Assembly (NCBI GenBank): GCA_035529595.1
Contig: DATKWK010000017.1
Location: 29,384-93,383 of the forward strand
Reading direction: 5' to 3'
Source of the DNA: Candidatus Bathyarchaeia archaeon
GTDB taxonomy: Bacteria; Patescibacteriota; Microgenomatia; PFEM01; JAFGMK01
Length of the DNA: 64,000 bases
Both the position numbers and the translations under genes were made by a program. Of the stretch, positions 57,724 to 64,000 are shown piece by piece (position 1 is the first letter of the stretch; the number at the start of each line of letters is the position of its first letter). The notes under the pieces are model-generated. The model was not told where the DNA came from, did not search any database, and was given only the letters and a program-made list of their open reading frames with translations.

Positions 57724-58736
57724 ACTCAACCCAAACTATCATAACACCGATCAAATCAAGTACGCAGAAATTTTTGGAGATCGAAGATATTAAGGATGGA
57801 ATCATCATGCTAATGGGTGGCAGTTGTCTTTTAGTGCTTACGACCACGGCAGTTAATTTTGGTCTTCTTTCGGAACAAGAGCAGGATACGGCTATTTATG
57901 CTTACGGTTCTTTGCTTAATTCGTTGACATTTTCGATTCAAATTCTGATTCGTTCAAAAAGAAAGGATATTTCTTCCTACCTTAAATTACTTGAAGCGCA
58001 AGAAAAAAAAATTACAGGGGCTCTATTAAAAGAGCAAATCCAAAGGTACCGAAAATTTATTCAAGAAACGGTTCAGGTAAACAATGTTTTAGAGAAAAAA
58101 TTCTATATCATCATTCCGATGTCTTTTCTGGAATTGGGTGTCAGCAAAACCGTCGGCTCCAAAATTAAAAAGACAGGCAATCTCCCCTATCCCAAGGAAT
58201 ATATTATTGAAAAGGCAAAAACTAACCTTTATCCAAAACGGGATCACCTTTTCCGCTTGTTTAATCGTTTAGGTTTAAGATCAAGACAATTGAATACACA
58301 AGAATTAGTTAGGCTTTTTTTTGAAATCTACAACCCCGGCCAACAGGGACAAATATTAAGTATGCCTGCTGATTACCAAACTCCGATAGTTAAACCGGCA
58401 ACAGATTTTATGGAAACAAATTTACCGGAAGAAATCGAAATAGAAACACCTACAGAACCGGCAACGGATCTTCCTTCTCAACCGGAAGAGGCGGGCGCTA
58501 CGGAGGAGGCAGCCAATCAGATGCAAGCGAATCCGTCCCCAGTAAACTCTCAAAATAATGAGACAATAACCGGAAATGAAGAAACCTCGCCTCAAGACGA
58601 AATCGATCAATTAGTCAAGAAAGAAACTCCAGCCAGCAACCCCCAGCAAACCAATAATGAAGGTCAACCTTCCTCTCAAAACTTTAAGAACAAATTTAAG
58701 GCGATATTTGAATCAAAGCAAAAAAATCAATTATGA
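57720..58736 (+). CDS. T4SS-associated protein (TraC/VirB4 N-terminal-like partner)
   Basis: STQKFLEIEDIKDG, VNFGLLSEQEQ, LNSL.F.IQILIRS, L.TQEL; ATGA-coupled on both sides. Confidence 0.78.
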   Translation: MNSTQTIITPIKSSTQKFLEIEDIKDGIIMLMGGSCLLVLTTTAVNFGLLSEQEQDTAIYAYGSLLNSLTFSIQILIRSKRKDISSYLKLLEAQEKKITGALLKEQIQRYRKFIQETVQVNNVLEKKFYIIIPMSFLELGVSKTVGSKIKKTGNLPYPKEYIIEKAKTNLYPKRDHLFRLFNRLGLRSRQLNTQELVRLFFEIYNPGQQGQILSMPADYQTPIVKPATDFMETNLPEEIEIETPTEPATDLPSQPEEAGATEEAANQMQANPSPVNSQNNETITGNEETSPQDEIDQLVKKETPASNPQQTNNEGQPSSQNFKNKFKAIFESKQKNQL

Positions 58737-60709
58737 AACTACCGCTATCTTTACCATTACCGTTTCTTAAACGTAAAGACAAGGAACAAGCCAAGCAAAC
58801 AGAAGGGCAACCGGAGAAAAAACCAAGCGAACTGCTGGCTGAAGGAATGGTTTCGATTCAGGATATCATTGCGCCTTCGGCAATCGAGGTTGATTTTGAC
58901 CAGCTTAAAATTGGCAACACTTATTTCAGAACTCTTTTTATTTCCGGCTATCCCCGCTACGTTTCCGCTAATTGGCTGGCTCCCCTGATCAACTTTGATC
59001 ACTCGCTCGATGTGTCAATGTTCATCTATCCGATCGAAGGACGTTCTATTCTTGATGACTTAAGAAGAAAAATTGCCGAGATGGAGGCAGAAATCCAGAC
59101 TGATCTTGAGCGCGGCCGGGTCGTTGATCCAAGCACTCAAGCTAAATTGGAAGATGCCCGGTCACTTCAAGAAGAATTAGTGAAAGGAATCGAGCGTTTT
59201 TTTCAATTCAGTCTTTACGTTACCATCCCCGCCCCGTCAATCGAAGAGCTAAATCATATCTCCAAACAGATCGAGTCAACCTTAGGATCACTTTTAATTA
59301 TTCCGAAACATGCTACTTTGCAAATGGAGGAGGGCTTTAAAACCACCATCCCCATTTGCACCGATAAGTTAATGATTACCCGCAACATGGATACGACTTC
59401 TTTGGCGACAACTTTTCCTTTTACTTCGTCGGAATTAACCGCCAACGAAGGCATTCTTTTCGGCATCAATGAACATAACGATTCCTTAATTATCTTCGAC
59501 CGATTCACCTTGGAAAACGCTAACTCGGTTGTCTTTGCCAAATCCGGTGCCGGCAAATCGTATCTTGTTAAGTTAGAAGCCCTTCGGTCACTGATGTTCG
59601 GCACAGAAATTATTATTATTGATCCTGAAGCCGAATACCAAACTCTCAGCGAAGCAGTCGGTGGCCAATATATCGGTTTTGGTTTCGGCAGCTATGCGAA
59701 AATCAACCCTTTTGACCTTTCTACCGTTTATGCCGAAGAGGAAAACGAATTAAACCAGAAACTGCTTTCTCTTCATTCGCTTTTTAAAGTAATTATGGGG
59801 GTGTTAAACCCTTCGGAAGAAGCGACTTTAGACCGGGCTCTGGTCCTGGCTTATAAAATGAAAGGCATCACACCGGATCCGGCCACTCAGAAAAACGAAC
59901 CCCCCCTGATGGAAGATTTATATAAAGCCTTAACCGGTATGGAGGAACCGGAAGCCAGATCTTTGGCCGATCGGATCGAAAAATTTGTCAAAGGTTCCTT
60001 TCGCGGCATATTTGACCAACATTCAAATGTTGATATTCAAAATTCCTTTACTGTCTTTTCCTTAAGGGATCTTGAAGACACCCTGCGCCCGATAGCGATG
60101 TTTATCCTGCTTGATTATATTTGGACAAGAATCAGAAGAGAAATGAAAAGAAGGATCCTGATTGTCGACGAAGCCTGGTACATGATGAGGTATCCCGATT
60201 CAGCCAATTTTCTGCGCTCAATTGCCAAAAGAGCCCGTAAATATTATTTGGGTGTAACCACCATTACCCAGGATGTCGAAGATTTTTTCACTACCGAATA
60301 CGGCAAAGAGATTGTCTCCAACTCGTCAATGCAAATCCTGATGAAACAATCCTCGGTCGCCATTGACCGGCTAGCCGAGGTTTTTTATCTCTCCGAAGGG
60401 GAGAAAAATTTACTTCTGGCAGCTGATGTCGGCGAAGGCCTTTTCTTTGCCGGTACCAACCACGTTGCTATCCGGGTGGTCGCCTCACCTGAAGAACATA
60501 AATTAATCACTTCAAAACCTGAGGAATTAATGAGAATGGCAGAAGAAAAAAGACGCAAGATTGAAGCCGCCAAAAGAGCCGGTATCGGTCCAATCCCTGC
60601 TGAACAAGAAGTTACAGAACAAGAAATCAGTGACAGCACTGAAATCAGGCCGGAGGCAGAAAGAGTTTCACCGGCCGAAGTAGCCTCGATTACCGCCAGA
60701 CCAAAATAA
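58733..60709 (+). CDS. virB4: VirB4/TraC-like ATPase
   Basis: Walker A AKSGAGKS, IIIDPEAEY, INPFD, Walker B IVDEAW, RARKY, ITQD. Confidence 0.92.
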   Translation: MKLPLSLPLPFLKRKDKEQAKQTEGQPEKKPSELLAEGMVSIQDIIAPSAIEVDFDQLKIGNTYFRTLFISGYPRYVSANWLAPLINFDHSLDVSMFIYPIEGRSILDDLRRKIAEMEAEIQTDLERGRVVDPSTQAKLEDARSLQEELVKGIERFFQFSLYVTIPAPSIEELNHISKQIESTLGSLLIIPKHATLQMEEGFKTTIPICTDKLMITRNMDTTSLATTFPFTSSELTANEGILFGINEHNDSLIIFDRFTLENANSVVFAKSGAGKSYLVKLEALRSLMFGTEIIIIDPEAEYQTLSEAVGGQYIGFGFGSYAKINPFDLSTVYAEEENELNQKLLSLHSLFKVIMGVLNPSEEATLDRALVLAYKMKGITPDPATQKNEPPLMEDLYKALTGMEEPEARSLADRIEKFVKGSFRGIFDQHSNVDIQNSFTVFSLRDLEDTLRPIAMFILLDYIWTRIRREMKRRILIVDEAWYMMRYPDSANFLRSIAKRARKYYLGVTTITQDVEDFFTTEYGKEIVSNSSMQILMKQSSVAIDRLAEVFYLSEGEKNLLLAADVGEGLFFAGTNHVAIRVVASPEEHKLITSKPEELMRMAEEKRRKIEAAKRAGIGPIPAEQEVTEQEISDSTEIRPEAERVSPAEVASITARPK

Positions 60710-60759
60710 AGCTGTCTACTCTATTGTCACTTGGTTAAAAACTTGCTATAGTAAAGCTG

Positions 60760-63474
60760 ATGGCAACGCAGAGTGTACAATCTACAGGAAGATACGTCAG
60801 AGGCCCATCTGACATCCGTTTCAGAGTACCAATTCGCATTTCCCCAACCATTATCAGGCTGACTAAAGATATCAGACCGAAAACTAGCAAACTGCTGTAC
60901 GGCCTAGCCCGAAAAGACACATTACGCCGGCTTTCACAAATCCATCCCGAAGCAAGACCCGAAGTAATTAGAACTCAAATTAAAGAGGCAGCCAGAGTCA
61001 ACGGCATTACTTTCACTTATACGCAAACTCAAATAATCCAGCAAGAAATCCGATCACCACACCGTCGTTCAGTTGAGCTTCCCCACTCCGTTAAAGCAAA
61101 AATTGAGACTGAAAAAGCCAAAATTGTTTATCCTAAAATCAGCCCCGTTGTTGTCCAATTAAGAAGCCTTTCACCAACCGGCCGCATTGCCAGAGGCATT
61201 GAAAAATCGATCGCCTCGCTTTCTGAAGAGCAGAGACAGAGATTAGAGCCTTGTTATCTCCATCCGGCTTTCCAGATGATGGCCAATGGTATTTTTGAAT
61301 CCGACTTCGAAAATACCATCCAAGAACTTAGAAAAATCGTTCAAGACCCAGCCACAAGCCAATCAGACACTCGTCAGGTCAATCAAGTGATTGAACAATA
61401 TCAGGACATTCAAACCCAACTGGCCGCGTTCAGACAATATCACCGAGCGACTGCCCAAGCTTTAGAGAATGTTTGGGAACCAGCCCGCCAGGCAGGTCTA
61501 GTAGACACCAAAAAAGTTGCCGAAAAACTGAATTTACCTCATCTGGAAAACATCGAGATCGTCCCCAAAACAGTAGACGCAGCAAAACTCAAGGTAAGAA
61601 ATTTCCTTGGTCAAAAAGTAGCCGAACCCTTAGGTTTGGTTAGGGCAGGGATAGTCAAAGAAGTTAAGCTCGGAGCCGGCAAATCTACTTATCGGTTGGC
61701 AATTAAAGATGCCGTTAAAGCTGTTGGGAAAAAAGCTTTTATCCGCTTTGCCCAAACTGCGGGCGGACGAGCGTTAATTACCTTTTTCCAAAGTTCGGTC
61801 AAACCACTACTGGTAGAACTGGGTAAAAAAGCAGTCTTTCTAGCCGCCAAAATCGGAGCCAAAATTGCGGCTAAATTCGGGTTAGAGATCTCTGCCGCCG
61901 TCTTAACGGCGATAATTCCCGCCGGTGTTACTCAAATTGCCGGAATCTTAATGCTGGTATATGGAATATATGATACTGTCCTCAGCCTGATAGAAGCCAT
62001 TCCGGTCATCGGTAGGCCACTCGCTCTACTACTTGATCTTTCTAATCCTCTCGGTTGGGCAAGAAGATTATTTAAGGTTGCCACCGGATTTTTGACTTTC
62101 CGCTATCTCCGGGAAGGATTAAAAGAGGGCGGTTTCAAAGGGACTGTCAAGGTAGTTATTAATGTTCTCCCTCTAGTCTTACTCGCCGGTATCTTTCTGC
62201 CTATATTGCTGCCTTTAATTGCTATACCGCTCCTGGTTATCGGCGGACTCTTTCTTGCCAGCCGTCTCGGAGTTACGGCCATCAGAACGGCGGGCTCATT
62301 AGCCGCCTTACCCGGTATCATCATCGGAGGTATCGCTACCCTTTTACTGACACCGATTGGTTGGGTTACCCTATTCTCCGCTAGTTTTCTCATGACTTTT
62401 ATTTATATTTTCTTGGGGCTGGTTTTATTGACTGTCATCATTGTCGTCATGCTTGCCGGCGGAGCGTTCATGGTCAATCCGGCTAAATTAGAAACCGAAA
62501 GCCCAAGAGATTTCGATCTTCCTTATTCAAGGTATATTAAAGTTGATAAAACTGCCCAACCCAGTTCATATACAGAAGAGCAATTAACCCAAATTTGGGA
62601 TGTCTCTGGAAGTAAAGCAGGAGTTGATTATACTCTGACTATTACAGCCCAAGAAAAGGATATTACTGTTACTGCAATTGAAGAAACATTTAACTCTTAC
62701 CCAGAAGGAGTCCCAACTCCCTCTTCCTCGATTAACATAACCTTACCCTTAGAAATTAGAGTCGATACACCCTTCACTTATACGTATAGAAAGGAGTTTG
62801 GTAAAGAATATAAGGACTCTTCCGTTATTAATAAGATTATAGTCACTGCTAATGTTGCTGACGGCCCAACTGGAGAACAATCAGGTGCCAGTGCCAGTGT
62901 TACGTTTGGTAATGCACCGACTCTTTGTTTTGTTTTCGATGAGAACTGGAACGAAACTGATAAAGCCTTAGAAATAAGTGCAATTAACTATCTTTCTCAA
63001 TGGCCAAACTGGGTTAATTTAGTATGCACAGATATTGGAAGCATTACTTTAAAAAGGAGTTATGCGTCAGTTACTTATGGAGGTTATAAAGAATCTAACT
63101 ATGCTATTCGTATTTATGATTTAGGTCTTGGTAGTTTCGCAAATACAATTTATACTTTAGCCCATGAGTGTGGCCATATGATCGAGGACCGAAATTCACC
63201 ATACCTGATGGACCGCTTTATGACCCAAGGTATCGATACCGAACAAAAAGACGGTAACTTTTGTAGCTATTGTTATGGATTTACTTCAAGAGAAAATTTT
63301 GCTGAAATGATTGGTGTTTTCCCGGTTTATGAAATGAGAAGATTTACTGATTGTTGTCCCAATGGCGCTCTTGATCATTGCGAATATAAGGCAAGCTTTC
63401 AATGCACAATTGATTACCCGAATGATTTTCCTAACTATTACAATTTTGTTACTAGCGAAATTTATCAGCCCTAA
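60760..63474 (+). CDS. Large membrane protein with C-terminal zincin-like metallopeptidase domain
   Basis: Central multi-TM region, Ig-like segment, TLAHECGH (HExxH) and downstream ENFAE. Confidence 0.75.
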   Translation: MATQSVQSTGRYVRGPSDIRFRVPIRISPTIIRLTKDIRPKTSKLLYGLARKDTLRRLSQIHPEARPEVIRTQIKEAARVNGITFTYTQTQIIQQEIRSPHRRSVELPHSVKAKIETEKAKIVYPKISPVVVQLRSLSPTGRIARGIEKSIASLSEEQRQRLEPCYLHPAFQMMANGIFESDFENTIQELRKIVQDPATSQSDTRQVNQVIEQYQDIQTQLAAFRQYHRATAQALENVWEPARQAGLVDTKKVAEKLNLPHLENIEIVPKTVDAAKLKVRNFLGQKVAEPLGLVRAGIVKEVKLGAGKSTYRLAIKDAVKAVGKKAFIRFAQTAGGRALITFFQSSVKPLLVELGKKAVFLAAKIGAKIAAKFGLEISAAVLTAIIPAGVTQIAGILMLVYGIYDTVLSLIEAIPVIGRPLALLLDLSNPLGWARRLFKVATGFLTFRYLREGLKEGGFKGTVKVVINVLPLVLLAGIFLPILLPLIAIPLLVIGGLFLASRLGVTAIRTAGSLAALPGIIIGGIATLLLTPIGWVTLFSASFLMTFIYIFLGLVLLTVIIVVMLAGGAFMVNPAKLETESPRDFDLPYSRYIKVDKTAQPSSYTEEQLTQIWDVSGSKAGVDYTLTITAQEKDITVTAIEETFNSYPEGVPTPSSSINITLPLEIRVDTPFTYTYRKEFGKEYKDSSVINKIIVTANVADGPTGEQSGASASVTFGNAPTLCFVFDENWNETDKALEISAINYLSQWPNWVNLVCTDIGSITLKRSYASVTYGGYKESNYAIRIYDLGLGSFANTIYTLAHECGHMIEDRNSPYLMDRFMTQGIDTEQKDGNFCSYCYGFTSRENFAEMIGVFPVYEMRRFTDCCPNGALDHCEYKASFQCTIDYPNDFPNYYNFVTSEIYQP

Positions 63475-63476
63475 TT

Positions 63477-64000
63477 ATGAAAAGCTTAATTTTAAAAATC
63501 AAATTTCTGATTAAAAAATATTGGATCTTTATTCTGCTTCTATTAATTATCGGCATTTTAGTATCTATTACTTCTAGACCTAAAAAAGAAACTTATCAAG
63601 AGGTCGTCCCTCCTTCTCCTACTCAAGAAGCAGAGCCCACTATCATTCCTTTCTGGCAAGAATTCGAACCTGAAAAGACGTCCGAAACTGAGATCAAAAA
63701 CAAAGTAGGCACGCCTCTAAAAGAATACGAAAAAGAGGGCCAGAAAATTCTGGAATACCCTTCGGATTACGAATACTATCCAAATAAAATTTACCTAAAA
63801 GATGACAAGTTGCAATTAGTAAAAGAGCTTGTTAGTTATCAAAGAAATATTAAACTTGAATCTTTCATAAAAAAATATGGAAACCCTTCACTTATTATGT
63901 ATGAAGAAAATCTCAACCAAGGATATCCAATAAATATCTTTCTAGATAATGGTATCGCTGTTGCTGCTCATATAGCTGATGGAAGTGTTTTAGAAATCTG
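63477..64000 (+). CDS. Membrane-anchored hypothetical protein, partial
   Basis: MKSLILKIKFLIKKYWIFILLLLIIGILVSI..PPSPT..; appears open to the window end. Confidence 0.75.
   Translation, partial: MKSLILKIKFLIKKYWIFILLLLIIGILVSITSRPKKETYQEVVPPSPTQEAEPTIIPFWQEFEPEKTSETEIKNKVGTPLKEYEKEGQKILEYPSDYEYYPNKIYLKDDKLQLVKELVSYQRNIKLESFIKKYGNPSLIMYEENLNQGYPINIFLDNGIAVAAHIADGSVLEI

Noticed and set aside
362-62393. Numerous 60-175 aa ORFs antisense to or nested in long genes (e.g. 362-667, 34219-34686, 56964-57488, 62103-62393)
   Set aside because: They overlap well-supported genes and show no motifs; treated as shadow ORFs.
1-64000. Alternative genetic code (TGA=Gly as in Gracilibacteria/Absconditabacteria)
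   Set aside because: Long genes are intact under code 11, and TGA serves as a stop in several ATGA overlaps.

Overview
Bacterial chromosome segment (genetic code 11). Gene content points to Patescibacteria/CPR, probably Microgenomates; this is inferred from the chromosomal T4SS-like pilin/PrgI/VirB4 locus, mevalonate genes and compact layout. (1) 1-16.5 kb: a defence island integrated at the 3' end of tRNA-Asn(GTT). It carries a large serine recombinase whose last codons lie inside the tRNA, and a coupled minus-strand operon HTH-hsdR-hsdM-Abi-alpha-like-HEPN-like-hsdS-PHP/ABC-ATPase-GmrSD/HEPN. It also holds an ORF-free, promoter-driven, highly base-paired ~500 nt region that is a candidate novel large ncRNA. 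(2) 16.6-38 kb: core genes (rpoD, dnaG, efp, epmA, maf, comF, smpB, tmRNA), six more tRNAs (all four Ser isoacceptors, Arg-CCG, Arg-GCG), a tryptophanase-like lyase, small accessory enzymes and a deletion pseudogene. (3) 38-64 kb: a T4SS-like locus with eight VirB2/TrbC-like pilins, a GH-A glycosidase fusion, VirB6-, PrgI- and VirB4-like genes and a zincin-tipped membrane protein. An opposite-strand isoprenoid operon (polyprenyl synthase, ECF sigma, MVA decarboxylase, IPK, uppS) interrupts it. No CRISPR array or rRNA was seen. All family calls come from motif reading, not database searches.
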